From an uncultured delta proteobacterium (GTDB lineage Bacteria; Desulfobacterota; WTBG01): a DNA stretch of 64,000 nt. The notes beneath the pieces are model-generated. The model was not told the DNA's origin. It ran no database searches and saw only the letters and a program-made list of their open reading frames with translations. Positions 27,299-37,432 of the stretch are shown in pieces (the first letter of the stretch is position 1; each line of letters starts with the position of its first letter). The translations under genes were made by a program, and so were the position numbers. The stretch lies in NCBI GenBank assembly GCA_963751515.1, contig CAVVUR010000013.1:132829-196828 (forward strand), written 5' to 3'.

Positions 27299-27466
27299 TG
27301 CACGCACCGCTTCCTGTGCCAAAGTTGGTACATGCTTGAGCGACAGGGGAGCGGCAAGCAAATAAACAAATATTTTTAAATAGTTATGTTATGTGCTGAA
27401 AAGGACACAATACAGATAGATGAGCTGTATCTCTTTTTCTTATTAGATGTTACTTAAAGCAAATAG

Positions 27467-29251
27467 TTACTTTCTTTTGAATTGTTTGTCAAGGTCGTCC
27501 AGGGGCAGCTTGATAAAGGTGGGGCGTCCATGGGGGCAGGTGAAAGGTATTTTAGTCCCTTCGAGCCTTCTGATGAGATGTTCCATTTCCTCTCTGCTCA
27601 ATCCTGCATTGGCTTTGACCGTGCGGGACTTGCAGGCCAGTATCCTGGCGCTCTGTTCCCGCCGTTCATGAACCGTGCTTTCTCCCCTGCCGTCAGCTAC
27701 CTCCTCGATGAAGTCGCGAATGATATCCCCCGCGGCCATATTTTCCATCCAGGCGGGCGCGGCGTCGATGCAATAGGTGTTTTTCCCCAGGTGGCGTATG
27801 ACAAAACCGGTGCCGGTGAGTAGGGGGAGGTACTCTTCAAGCAGCCGGGATTCATTGAAACTGAACTCAAGCGTAATGGGAAACAGCAGGGCCTGGGACG
27901 CGGGAGCGCCCCGTTCCATGGCGGACAGTATGTCCTCAAAGATGATGCGCTCGTGCGCGGCGTGCTGGTCGATGATGATGAGACCCCCTTCAGATTCCGC
28001 AACAATATAGCTCTGTCCGATCTGTCCCAGAATCACCTGTACCTTAAGTGTCGGCTCACCGCCATGTGCCGTAAAGCTGTCAGGTTGTTCCGCCGCACGC
28101 GGCAGAGGCAGATCGCCCTGGCCTGCGCCGGCCAATCCGGATATCTCCCTGACGCCGATGCCTTCTTTGGCAATGATGAACGGCGGGGCATCAGTGGTGC
28201 CGGGGGAGTATTTTTTATTTTTGTCCAGCGCGTAGGTGAATGAAATGGAGGGGGCATGGTTCGTCCGCTTGAGATGTTCCCGCACGGCATGGGCCAGCTG
28301 GTCGAGCACACACCGCTCATCCTGCAGCCTGACCTCCCGCTTGGTGGGATGCACATTGACGTCAACCAGGGCCGGATCAATGGTGAGCATTATAATGGCA
28401 ACCGGAAAATGGCCCGGGGGCAAATATCCGTCATAGCCCCGCTGCAGGGCATAACTCAAGGGAAGGCTCTTTATGGGACGCTTGTTGATGAAAAAGAGCT
28501 GGGCGGTGCGGTTGGTGCGGGACAGTTCCGCCGTGGCAATATATCCCTGCAGGGAAACGCCTCCCTGCGCGGCATCGAGCGGCAGCAGGTGGGTGTCCCA
28601 CGCGCGGTAGTGGGTCTGAAGAACGCGCTCCTTAAGATGGGATGCGGGAGGATAATCGAATATCACCTCGCTGTCCCTGGAAAGCTTAAAGGCAACGCCG
28701 GGGTGCGCCAGGCTGGCGGTGGTGATGGTTTCCGCGATGGCGGCATACTCGGCCCGCTCCCCCTTGAGGAATTTTTTCCTGGCGGGGGTGTTGAAGAAGA
28801 GGTCGCTCACTTCCACGCTGGTCCCGACCGGAATGCCGACCTCCCTGATGCGGTTTCCGCCGTTCCGCCGTCCAGGTGGATCTCGGTTCCCACCGGCTGA
28901 GACATGGTCCCTGGTGGTAAGGGTGAGCCTGGATACGGCCGCGATGGAAGCGAGCGCTTCACCCCTGAAGCCGAGGCTGGCGATGGAAAAGATATCCTCA
29001 ACCGCCCTGATCTTGCTGGTGGTGTGGCTTTTCACACAGAGCAGGGCATCCTCCCGGTCCATGCCCCGGCCGTTATCGGTCACCTTGATGAAGCTTTTCC
29101 CCCCGTGCCTGATGCTCACGGAAATCCTGGTGGCCTGAGCGTCCAGCGCGTTTTCCAGCAGCTCCTTGACCACCGATCCCGGACGCTCGACCACTTCACC
29201 GGCAGCGATCTTGTTGGTGAGCTCTTCCGGCAAAACCCTGATGATTCCCAT
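27467..29251 (-). CDS. mutL: DNA mismatch repair protein MutL (with a probable compensated double frameshift at about 28860-28910)
   Basis: 594 aa. GHKL ATPase motifs AAGEVVERPGSVVKELLENALDA, DNGRGM, FRGEAL; C-terminal DQHAAHERI. See the finding for the out-of-frame patch. Confidence 0.9.
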   Translation of the reverse strand: MGIIRVLPEELTNKIAAGEVVERPGSVVKELLENALDAQATRISVSIRHGGKSFIKVTDNGRGMDREDALLCVKSHTTSKIRAVEDIFSIASLGFRGEALASIAAVSRLTLTTRDHVSAGGNRDPPGRRNGGNRIREVGIPVGTSVEVSDLFFNTPARKKFLKGERAEYAAIAETITTASLAHPGVAFKLSRDSEVIFDYPPASHLKERVLQTHYRAWDTHLLPLDAAQGGVSLQGYIATAELSRTNRTAQLFFINKRPIKSLPLSYALQRGYDGYLPPGHFPVAIIMLTIDPALVDVNVHPTKREVRLQDERCVLDQLAHAVREHLKRTNHAPSISFTYALDKNKKYSPGTTDAPPFIIAKEGIGVREISGLAGAGQGDLPLPRAAEQPDSFTAHGGEPTLKVQVILGQIGQSYIVAESEGGLIIIDQHAAHERIIFEDILSAMERGAPASQALLFPITLEFSFNESRLLEEYLPLLTGTGFVIRHLGKNTYCIDAAPAWMENMAAGDIIRDFIEEVADGRGESTVHERREQSARILACKSRTVKANAGLSREEMEHLIRRLEGTKIPFTCPHGRPTFIKLPLDDLDKQFKRK

Positions 29252-29290
29252 GCGTGTTCCTCCGAGCAGGCACGCTCTGAATCAAAGCAC

Positions 29291-29362
29291 TAGCAGGTTG
29301 TTGAAAAACAACCATCTGATTTGTGGCGCAAGGGGGAGGGGCTTTTGACGCCACAACAATGT
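29291..29362 (+). repeat. family-1 solo unit R6 (TAG-box + extension + one arm)
   Basis: TAGCAGGTTGTTGAAAAACAACCATCTGATTTGTGGCGCAAGGGGGAGGGGCTTTTGACGCCACAACAATG, between the mutS stop (29408) and the mutL start (29251). Confidence 0.8.
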
Positions 29363-29407
29363 TTCTTCCAGCGCTCCATCACTCCAATACCCCAGCGTCT
29401 ACAAACC

Positions 29408-32126
29408 CTAGGAGCTTTTTTTAGACTGCGGGCAAAGAGGCGAAGCGGCAAGCAGCTTCTGCTTGAAGGCGTGCAGGTGATTGAGGGCCTCAAGCGGGGT
29501 CATCGCTTCAAGGTTAAGCTGCCTGATCTCCTCAAGCAGGGGGTGGCTGATGATATCAGAGCCGGCAAGGGCGGCGCCCTGAGGCGTCTTTTTAAACTCC
29601 AGAAGCTCGGGCGCGCTTACCGTTCCCCGCTGGTTGAAAAGCGGAAGCGGGGTGACCGTTTCCCGCCGCCTGCGGGTGCTCAGCTTTTTTGCCAGCGCCT
29701 CTTCGGAGATCTTTTCCTCCTCGAGGTAGAGAAGCACCTCTTTTGACCGCTGCACCACCTCTTCGGGAAGGCCGGCCAGCCTGCCCACCTGGATGCCGTA
29801 GCTCTTGTCCGCCACACCCGGCGCGATTTTCCTCATGAACACGATCTCATCGCCCGCCTCCCGGGCGGTGATATTGTAGTTTTTGATACCCTCAAGGGAG
29901 CGCTCCAGTTCACCCAGCTCGTGAAAGTGGGTGGCAAACAGCGTCTTGGGCCTGGCGCCGCTTTTTTTATTAAGAAACTCGCACACCGCCCAGGCAATGC
30001 TTACCCCGTCAAAGGTTGATGTGCCGCGGCCGATCTCATCGAGGATGACCAGGGATTTGGGCCCCGGCGTTGTTGAGAATGTTCGAGGTTTCAAGCATCT
30101 CCACCATAAAGGTGCTTTCTCCCCGGGCCAGGTTCTCGTTGGCGCCGATCCGGGTGTAGATGGTGTCAACCAGACCGATGTGCGCCGCCTCCGCCGGGAC
30201 AAAAGAGCCCATCTGGGCCATGATGGCAATAAGCGCCACCTGCCTGATATAGGTGGATTTCCCCGCCATGTTGGGACCGGTGATGATGAGCAGCTGGTTT
30301 TTTGCCTGGTCGAGCGCGGTGTCGTTGGAAACGAACTGCCCCTCCTCGAGCACCCGTTCCACAACCGGGTGCCTGCCGCCCGTAATGGTAATGGCGGATC
30401 CCTCATCGATCTCGGGCTTCACGTAGTTGTTGCTCAGGGCCACCCTGGCCAGGCAGAAGAGCACGTCCACCAGGGCGAGGGCTTCCGCGATGCGCTGGAC
30501 CTGAGGAACGTAGTTCAGCAGCGCCTGCCGCACCTCTTCGAACAGCGTATACTCCAGCGCGTTTGCCTTCTCCTCCGCACCCAGGATGCTGTCCTCCCAT
30601 TCCTTCAGCTCGGCGGTGATGAACCGCTCCGCGTTGACCAGCGTCTGCTTGCGGATGTAATCGGACGGCGCGAGGGAAAGATTGGGCCTGGTGATTTCGA
30701 TGTAGTAACCGAACACCCTGTTGTACTGCACCTTCAGCGACTTGATGCCGGTTCGCTGCCGCTCATTCTCCTGGAAGGCGGCAACCCACTGCTTACCCTG
30801 GCGCGCCCTGCCGCGCAGCTCATCGAGACCTTCATGGTAGTGCTGCCTGATGATGCCGCCCTCCTTAACCGGGAAGGGCGGGTCATCGACGATCGCTTTT
30901 TCTATGAGGGCGGTGAGCTCCTTCAGCTCGACCAGCGCCTCCCGCCTGTCGGTCAGCAGGGGCGAGGTGAGGCAGGCAAGGGCGCTTTTTATTTCCGGGA
31001 CCGCCTTGAGCGAGTCCTTCATGGCCACCAGCTCCCTGGCCGAGCATACCCCGCAGGCGATCCGCGAGAGCAGCCGCTCCATGTCGCGCACCGGTTTGAG
31101 CAGCGCCGGCAGTGCGCTCAGTCCGTCCCGTTGTGCCAGGAGGTCGTCAATGGCCGCGTGGCGCTCCCGGATGAGCCGCGTGGAAAGGAGGGGCTGCTTG
31201 ATCCATTGCGCAAGCAGGCGTCCCCCCATGGGGGTCAGGGTTTTGTTCAGGACGGAAAAAAGGGTGAAGCTTTTGCCGTCGCCGGAGAGCGACTCCGTCA
31301 GCTCCAGGTTTCTCTGGGTCCGACGGTCCAGCACCATGAACTGGGACGAGCGGTAGGGAAGCGGCCGCTTGAGGTGGCCGAGGGAGGTGAGCAGGTTGTC
31401 CTTGAGAAAGTAGAGCAGGGCGCCGGCGGCCCCGATGCCTGCGCTGTAGGAGGATAATCCGAGCCCTTCCAGCGACGTGAGCCCAAACTGCCGCTCCAGG
31501 TTTTTTTCGGCCGCCTCCGGATCGAAGACCCACTCCTGGTAATGATTCACCACCGGCGAGCCCGCCTGGGCGAGGATGTGCATGAAGGGCCGGTTTTGCT
31601 TCAGTTCCTCGGAAATGATGAACTCCCGGGGACGCAGCCGGCAGATCTCGTCCAGAAGATCTGCATCCTTCTCAAGCTCGGTAAGCCTGAAATCGCCGGT
31701 GGAGAGATCAAGATAGCTGAGCCCCCACACCCCGCCCTTCCCGCAGCAGGCCGCGATGTAGCTGTTGTGCGCCCGGGTGAGCTCATCGTCTTCCAGGTTG
31801 GTGCCGGGGGTGATGATGCGCACCACTTCTCTTTTGACAATGCCTTTGGCGGCCTGGGGGTCTTCCGTCTGCTCACAGATGGCCACCTTGAAGCCTTCCC
31901 GGGTGAGGCGATTGATGTAGCCCTTTGCCGCGTGATAGGGAACACCGCACATGGGCACCTTGCCGGCGCTGCCCCCGTCCCGTGAGGTGAGGGTAATGTC
32001 AAGGATGGCGGATGCCTTCAGGGCATCTTCAAAAAACATTTCATAAAAATCTCCCAGCCGGAAAAAGAGAATGGCGTCCTTCAGCTTTTCCTTGATGGAT
32101 AGGTATTGCCTGAGCATGGGAGTCAT
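29408..32126 (-). pseudogene. mutS: DNA mismatch repair protein MutS, single +1 frameshift in a 4-nt homopolymer (pseudogene, phase-off allele or sequence error)
   Basis: The N-terminal part lies in track ORF 30036..32171 (true start ATG 32126, MTPMLRQYLSIKEKL...; Walker A TGPNMAGKST). The C-terminal part (SLVILDEIGRGTSTFDG...FATHFHEL...) is in the frame of ORF 29408..30406. Deleting one base of the CCCC run at 30062..30065 gives ...ILNNAGPKSLVILDEIGRGTS... Confidence 0.85.
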
Positions 32127-32243
32127 AGTATTATGCCTGAGGAAACTGCTTTTACAACAACCCTTGATCAATCTTTCTACTTTATTCCGAACGAACTCAC
32201 GCAGCAGGTGGGATTAATTGCACCCTATAATGCAATATATGGT

Positions 32244-32720
32244 ATGTCAAGGCTAAAAAACAGAAAAAAACGCGCTGCTCTCTGCCTGGTTCTGCTCCTG
32301 CTTACCGTTGTGTCGGGCTGCTGCTTTTTGCCGCACCGGATGGAAGAGGACGAAGATGTCCGGAGAGAAGAAGTGGTCATGGTGGTAACCGCCTATTGTC
32401 CCTGCGGGAAATGCTGTGCCTGGAAGAGAAGCATCTGGAGCTGCTGGCTGGTTCCGGTCCACAGCAGCGGGCCGTTCAAGGGAAAGAGAAAGAAGGTGGG
32501 GATAACCGCCGACGGGACCAGGGCCCAAAAAGGGGTTATCGCGGCCGATATCAGTAAATATCCTTACGGCACCAGGATGTATGTGCCGGGGTACGGCTGG
32601 GGAGAGGTGCATGACCGGGGACGGGAGATGCAGGGAAACCGCATTGATGTCTTTTTCGAGGATCACGACGACGCCCTGAAATGGGGAAAGCAGAAGCTCA
32701 CGGTGACGGTCATACGGTGA
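32244..32720 (+). CDS. 3D-domain (MltA/RlpA-like) lipoprotein
   Basis: 158 aa from ATG 32244. Signal/lipobox LLLLTVVSGC. C-terminal ...GVIAAD...PYGTRMYVPGYGWGEVHDRG..GNRIDVFF typical of 3D domains. Confidence 0.65.
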   Translation: MSRLKNRKKRAALCLVLLLLTVVSGCCFLPHRMEEDEDVRREEVVMVVTAYCPCGKCCAWKRSIWSCWLVPVHSSGPFKGKRKKVGITADGTRAQKGVIAADISKYPYGTRMYVPGYGWGEVHDRGREMQGNRIDVFFEDHDDALKWGKQKLTVTVIR

Positions 32721-32753
32721 AGAGCCTGGCGGCGATGAGTTTCGTCGGGCTTT

Positions 32754-32870
32754 AAATCCGAAATTCGAAACCACATAATGATGTGTGATCTGTGATATGA
32801 GATTAAAGATTTTTTAGCCCACATCCCACATCGCATATCCCATATCTCAGGGATTTCGTGCTTCGGATTT
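32754..32870. repeat. family-2 AT-rich repeat (AAATCCGAA..CGAAAC / GTTTCGTGCTTCGGATTT ends)
   Basis: AAATCCGAAATTCGAAAC at the left end and GGATTTCGTGCTTCGGATTT at the right end, in the convergent gap between the 3D-domain gene and uvrD. Related ends occur at 61162 and 61373..61535. Confidence 0.6.
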
Positions 32871-32917
32871 ATGATACCTTGTAAATCTTCCAATATGATC
32901 GGCCTGTCGTTCCGCCC

Positions 32918-34900
32918 CTATTCTTCCAGCACGCACTTGGTGTAGCGGGCGCGGGGAATCTCCTGGATGAAGCGCGAAGGCTGCATGAGCGGGGAGAGAT
33001 CGCCGCGGGCATAGTCCCAGAGCGGGTGGGTCAGGTACAGTTCGTCGCGGGCGCGGGTGGCGGCAACGTAAAAAAGCCTCCGCTCTTCCTCTTCCCCTTC
33101 GATGTCCTGCAGACTTTTGTGTGAGGGGAATCGCCCCTCAACCAGCCAGATGATAAAAACGACGTCCCACTCCAGGCCCTTCGCCTGGTGGATGGTGGTG
33201 AGGGTTAGCCGTTCATACCCCGGATCATCGTCGGTCACGTCCTCCGAGGCGACGCTGGTCAGGAGGGCGAGCTCGCTTAAAAAATCATCTGCCGACCCGA
33301 ACTGGCGGGAGAAATCTATCAGCCGGCCTATGTCCTCCAGCCGGGTCCTGGAGTCGGGGTAGTGGGCAAAGAGATAATCTTCATACTCCTGCCTCAGCAC
33401 GGTTTGCAGCATCTCTGCGGGTGCCCCGCGCCATTCAGGCAGGTTGAGATGGCGCAGCAGGGCGGCCCGCTCCTGCCAGTCCCTGCGGTATGGCCTGGGA
33501 ATCAGTTTTTCAATGGCCTCGCTCTGCAGGTTCTTGAGGGGATCCCCTGAACTCGAGAGGGCAGTCCAGATTTTTTCCGCCCGGGCAGTGCCTATTTTGG
33601 GAAGCATCTTGGTGATTCTTTTCCAGGACGGCTCATCGTAAGGGTTGACGATAACCTTGAGATAGCTGGTGATGTCTTTTATGTGCGCCTGCTCGAAAAA
33701 TCGCAGCCCGGATCGAACCTCAAAGGGCACGCCGTGACGGGTCAGTTCCATCTGGAGTTCCATGCTGTGGTAGTGAGCCCGGTAGAGAACCGCTATTTCA
33801 TTGAGCGATCTGCCCTCGACCTGCAGTTCCATGATTTTTTGCCTCACAAAACCTGACTGCTGCTGCGCATGATCGCAGGGGACCAGTATCGGCTGGGGAC
33901 CGCTTTCCCTGATGGCCCGCAGCTTTTTGTGAAACTGGTGCTGGTTGTTCACGATGCTGGCATTGGCCAGTCCCAGTATTTCCGGCGTGCTGCGGTAGTT
34001 GGTCTGGAGCTTAAAGAGATGGGAGCCGGGATAACGCTTGGGGAAGTCGAGGATGTTGGCGAAGTGGGCTCCCCGGAAGCTGTATATGCTCTGCGAGTCG
34101 TCTCCCACCACCATGATGCTCCCGCCACCGGACGCGAGCAGGTCGATCATTTCGGCCTGGATGCGGTTGGTGTCCTGGTATTCATCGACCAGAATGTGAT
34201 GAAATCTTCCCGCATAGTAGTCGCGCACCGGGTCGTGTTCGGCGAGCAGGGTGAGACAGTTGAGCAGCAGGTCGTCAAAATCCATCAGCATCTCTTTTTT
34301 CTTGCGCTCCCGGTAGGCGAGGGCGACCGATTGAATGTCATCGGTTGCGTCCATGAAAAAAGGGTAGCGCGCGTCAATCAGGTCCGGCAGGCTTTTCCGG
34401 GTGTTGACCGACAGGCTGATGATCTCCTGGATGACCGAGCTCTGCGGAAACCTCCGGTCCCTGCTTTTGAGGCCGAGGCCCGCCATGCAGTCGCCCAGCA
34501 GCTCCCTGGAATCATCCCTGTCCAGGATGGTAAAGGACCGGTCATAGCCGATGAGGTCGCCCCTGCTTCTTAAGATTCGATTGGCAACATGGTGGAAGGT
34601 CCCTCCCCACAGCCTGGCGATATCCAGCCTGATCAGCCCCTCCACCCGTCCGAGCATCTCCTTGGCCGCCTTATTGGTAAAGGTGAGCAGCAGGATGGCA
34701 TCGGGCGGGGTGCCGGATTCCATGAGGCGGGCCACGCGGTAGGTCAGGGTCCGGGTTTTGCCGCTGCCGGCCCCCGCGATGACCAGGAGCGGGCTTTCGT
34801 CGCTCATCACCACTTCCAGCTGCTCATCATTGAGCTCGCGGCGATAGTCGATCTTAAAGGGCTGGTGTGCCGGCGGCGCGGCGGGCGTGTGCTGCTTCAT
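32918..34900 (-). CDS. uvrD: UvrD/PcrA/Rep-family ATP-dependent DNA helicase
   Basis: 660 aa. Walker A AGAGSGKTRT, LLLTFTNKAA, VDEYQDTN, and TIHQAKGLEW motifs in SF1 order. Confidence 0.88.
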   Translation of the reverse strand: MKQHTPAAPPAHQPFKIDYRRELNDEQLEVVMSDESPLLVIAGAGSGKTRTLTYRVARLMESGTPPDAILLLTFTNKAAKEMLGRVEGLIRLDIARLWGGTFHHVANRILRSRGDLIGYDRSFTILDRDDSRELLGDCMAGLGLKSRDRRFPQSSVIQEIISLSVNTRKSLPDLIDARYPFFMDATDDIQSVALAYRERKKKEMLMDFDDLLLNCLTLLAEHDPVRDYYAGRFHHILVDEYQDTNRIQAEMIDLLASGGGSIMVVGDDSQSIYSFRGAHFANILDFPKRYPGSHLFKLQTNYRSTPEILGLANASIVNNQHQFHKKLRAIRESGPQPILVPCDHAQQQSGFVRQKIMELQVEGRSLNEIAVLYRAHYHSMELQMELTRHGVPFEVRSGLRFFEQAHIKDITSYLKVIVNPYDEPSWKRITKMLPKIGTARAEKIWTALSSSGDPLKNLQSEAIEKLIPRPYRRDWQERAALLRHLNLPEWRGAPAEMLQTVLRQEYEDYLFAHYPDSRTRLEDIGRLIDFSRQFGSADDFLSELALLTSVASEDVTDDDPGYERLTLTTIHQAKGLEWDVVFIIWLVEGRFPSHKSLQDIEGEEEERRLFYVAATRARDELYLTHPLWDYARGDLSPLMQPSRFIQEIPRARYTKCVLEE

Positions 34901-34933
34901 ACAGTATCAGGGTATACAGCGACGGAATGTTGA

Positions 34934-35005
34934 CAGGCTGTTGAAATAATATTTTTCCTTAGGCCGTTCAAAAGCCTGCGCCACTTCTTTTTCAACAACC
35001 TGCTA
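34934..35005. repeat. family-1 boxes-only remnant R7
   Basis: CAGGCTGTTGAAA-taatatttttcctt-AGGCCGTTCAAAAGCCTGCGCCACTTC-TTTTTCAACAACCTGCTA. The final CTA (35003..35005) is the TAG stop of lpxK on the minus strand. Confidence 0.7.
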
Positions 35006-36109
35006 ATGATCGCGCCGGGAAATGTGTTTAAAGAGGGCATCCATAAAAGCCGGTTCGTCATCCATCTCTAGCATAATATCAAGCACGAGTATAGGCAAAT
35101 GATTGAATCCCGCTCCGTCCATCTTGCAGCCGTCCTTTGCGGTGGTGATAATGCAGTCGACGCGGGGGAGGAAAGCGGCGAGCCGTTCGGCATCCCGGGC
35201 AGTGTAGCGGTGGTGATCGGGCAGGATCATCTCTTCGGCAATCCTGATGCCATGGGTGCGCAGGAGGTGGGTAAAGGAGCCGGGGTTACCGATGCCGGCG
35301 AGGGCAAGCGCGTTTTTGCCCGCGAGACCTTTGATATCTCCCGCGGGGGATCCGTCAAGGGTGCTGAGCCCCTTGATGGCGTAGCGGGCGGAGAAAATTG
35401 AAGCGTGCGGTCTTTGCGCGGAGATGATCCCCTCTGCGGGTTGTCCTTGGGTATCCTCAGTTTTTTTTGTGAGTATGATGATATCGGCCGCCTGCAGGGC
35501 ACTGAGCGGTTCCCGCAGGATGCCCCGCGGTATGAGGCAGCCGTTGCCGAACCCGTAGTGCCGGTCCACCAGAACTATATCCGCGTCCCTTTTCAGCCGC
35601 AGGTGCTGGAACCCGTCATCAAGCAGGATGACGTCCGGGGAATACAGCGAAACCGCCAGGAGGCCCGAACGCACCCGGTCGCGCCCGATAATTACCGGCG
35701 TGCCGGGAAGGGCTTTTGCAAGCATCGCCGGTTCATCGCCGGCTTCCCGGGCGGTGAGCAGCATATGCTTCCCGTCGGATACCACCGCGACCGCTTCTTT
35801 GCTGTGCGACCGGTATCCGCGGCTGAGCACCGCTGCCTTGAGCCCGCGCTTCCGGAAGAGCTGCGCCAGATAGATAACCGTGGGTGTTTTGCCCGTTCCC
35901 CCCACGGTTATATTTCCGACGCTGACCACCCGGCAGGGAAGATCACGGGAGGCACACATCCCCGTGCGATACAGCATCCGTCGCGCACGCATGACAAGTT
36001 TATAGAGGAGGGAGAGAAGATAGATCGGGAAGAGCACAATGCGCCTGAGCAGGCTTTCCCGCTTTGTGCCCGAATACAGCAATTCCTGGATGAGTAAGCG
36101 TGGGTTCAT
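35003..36109 (-). CDS. lpxK: tetraacyldisaccharide 4'-kinase
   Basis: About 368 aa from ATG 36109 (MNPRLLIQELLY...). P-loop GNITVGGTGKTP; DDGFQH. Confidence 0.88.
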   Translation of the reverse strand: MNPRLLIQELLYSGTKRESLLRRIVLFPIYLLSLLYKLVMRARRMLYRTGMCASRDLPCRVVSVGNITVGGTGKTPTVIYLAQLFRKRGLKAAVLSRGYRSHSKEAVAVVSDGKHMLLTAREAGDEPAMLAKALPGTPVIIGRDRVRSGLLAVSLYSPDVILLDDGFQHLRLKRDADIVLVDRHYGFGNGCLIPRGILREPLSALQAADIIILTKKTEDTQGQPAEGIISAQRPHASIFSARYAIKGLSTLDGSPAGDIKGLAGKNALALAGIGNPGSFTHLLRTHGIRIAEEMILPDHHRYTARDAERLAAFLPRVDCIITTAKDGCKMDGAGFNHLPILVLDIMLEMDDEPAFMDALFKHISRRDH

Positions 36110-36122
36110 TGCCCTGCCGGTA

Positions 36123-37409
36123 TCACAGAAAGGAGCTAATGGCCTCCATGGCCTTCCGGGTGGTCCCCTGGTTGCGTGCAATTATGTGGAAGGCCTTTTC
36201 TCCCAGCTCGATGCGCAACGATTCATTATCGAGGAGGCTTCTGGCTTTCAGAAAGAGCTCTTCCCGGTCCTGTACCTGCAGGCCTCCGCCGCTTTCGATC
36301 AGGCAGCCGGCTATCTCCATAAAATTGTCCATGTGCGGCCCGAAAAGCACCGCTTTCCGGTAGGCGGCCGGCTCGAGCACATTGTGTCCCCCGGTCGGCA
36401 CCAGGCTGCCTCCCACAAAAATAACCGTGCCGATGCTGTAGAGCTTTGAGAGCTCTCCGATGGTATCAAGCAGGATAACGCTTTGTCCCTGCCTTGCTTC
36501 CTGCCTCGCCAGTTCTGTTTTTCGCACGCAGGCAAAGCCGGAGCGGGAGACAAGATTGGCCACTTCGCTGAAGCGCTCGGGATGCCGGGGGGCAAGTATC
36601 AGCGTCAGATCAGCGCAGCTCCCCTTAAGCCGCTTAAACACCTCCAGCACCATCTCTTCCTCACCCCGGTGGGTGCTGCCGGCGATAAAAATGTTCTGGC
36701 CCTCACGGAGATTAAGGCTGTCGTACAGTCGGGCCTTTTCCCCGCCCGTCAAAAGAGGGACTTCCTGATCGCATTTGAGGTTGCCCAGGGTGATGACCCG
36801 GCTGCTGTCGGCGCCGATGCTGATAATCCGCCGGGCGTCTTCCTCGGTCTGCATGTAGAAGGCATCGATGTTGGCCAGGACCCTGCTGAAGAAATGGCGG
36901 GCCAGCCGGTATTTGTTGTATGAGTGATTTGAGATGCGGCCGCTTACCACCACGGAGGGAATGCCGTTTCGCTTCATCGCCCGCAGAAAATTAGGCCAGA
37001 GTTCGGTCTCCATGGTTATAAAAAGCCGGGGATGGATCTGCTTGATGGCCCGCCCCACCATAAAGGGATAATCGAAGGGGAAATAGATGACCGCGTCAGC
37101 CTGGTGGGCCTTCAGCGCGGCGGTATGGTTCCCGGTGGCCGTCACCGTGGAGAGCACAATCGTCTGGCCGGGGTAGCGCCCCTTCATTTCCTGCAGGAGG
37201 GGGATGGCGGCCAGCACCTCGCCCACGGACACCGCGTGGATCCAGACCGGCCTGCTGCCAGAAAGCTTTCGGGTGACGGAGGGGGACACGAATCCCAGTT
37301 TTTGAGAGATGCCGCTGCGGTATTTCCTGGCGCTCACGGCGGCAACCATCATCAGCAGGCCTAAAACCGGGGAAGCAGCCAGGAGCAGTATATTGTAGAG
37401 TAGGTACAT
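36123..37409 (-). CDS. waaA: 3-deoxy-D-manno-octulosonic acid (Kdo) transferase
   Basis: 428 aa. N-terminal TM helix, then WIHAVSVGE... and the GGSL..GGHN region typical of KdtA/WaaA. Confidence 0.85.
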   Translation of the reverse strand: MYLLYNILLLAASPVLGLLMMVAAVSARKYRSGISQKLGFVSPSVTRKLSGSRPVWIHAVSVGEVLAAIPLLQEMKGRYPGQTIVLSTVTATGNHTAALKAHQADAVIYFPFDYPFMVGRAIKQIHPRLFITMETELWPNFLRAMKRNGIPSVVVSGRISNHSYNKYRLARHFFSRVLANIDAFYMQTEEDARRIISIGADSSRVITLGNLKCDQEVPLLTGGEKARLYDSLNLREGQNIFIAGSTHRGEEEMVLEVFKRLKGSCADLTLILAPRHPERFSEVANLVSRSGFACVRKTELARQEARQGQSVILLDTIGELSKLYSIGTVIFVGGSLVPTGGHNVLEPAAYRKAVLFGPHMDNFMEIAGCLIESGGGLQVQDREELFLKARSLLDNESLRIELGEKAFHIIARNQGTTRKAMEAISSFL

Positions 37410-37432
37410 AGGTTAGCCGCCGCCCGGACCGG

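Noticed and set aside
29931-31457. 508-aa ORF on the + strand opposite mutS
   Set aside because: Antisense shadow of mutS with no recognisable motifs. mutS homology on the minus strand explains the open frame.
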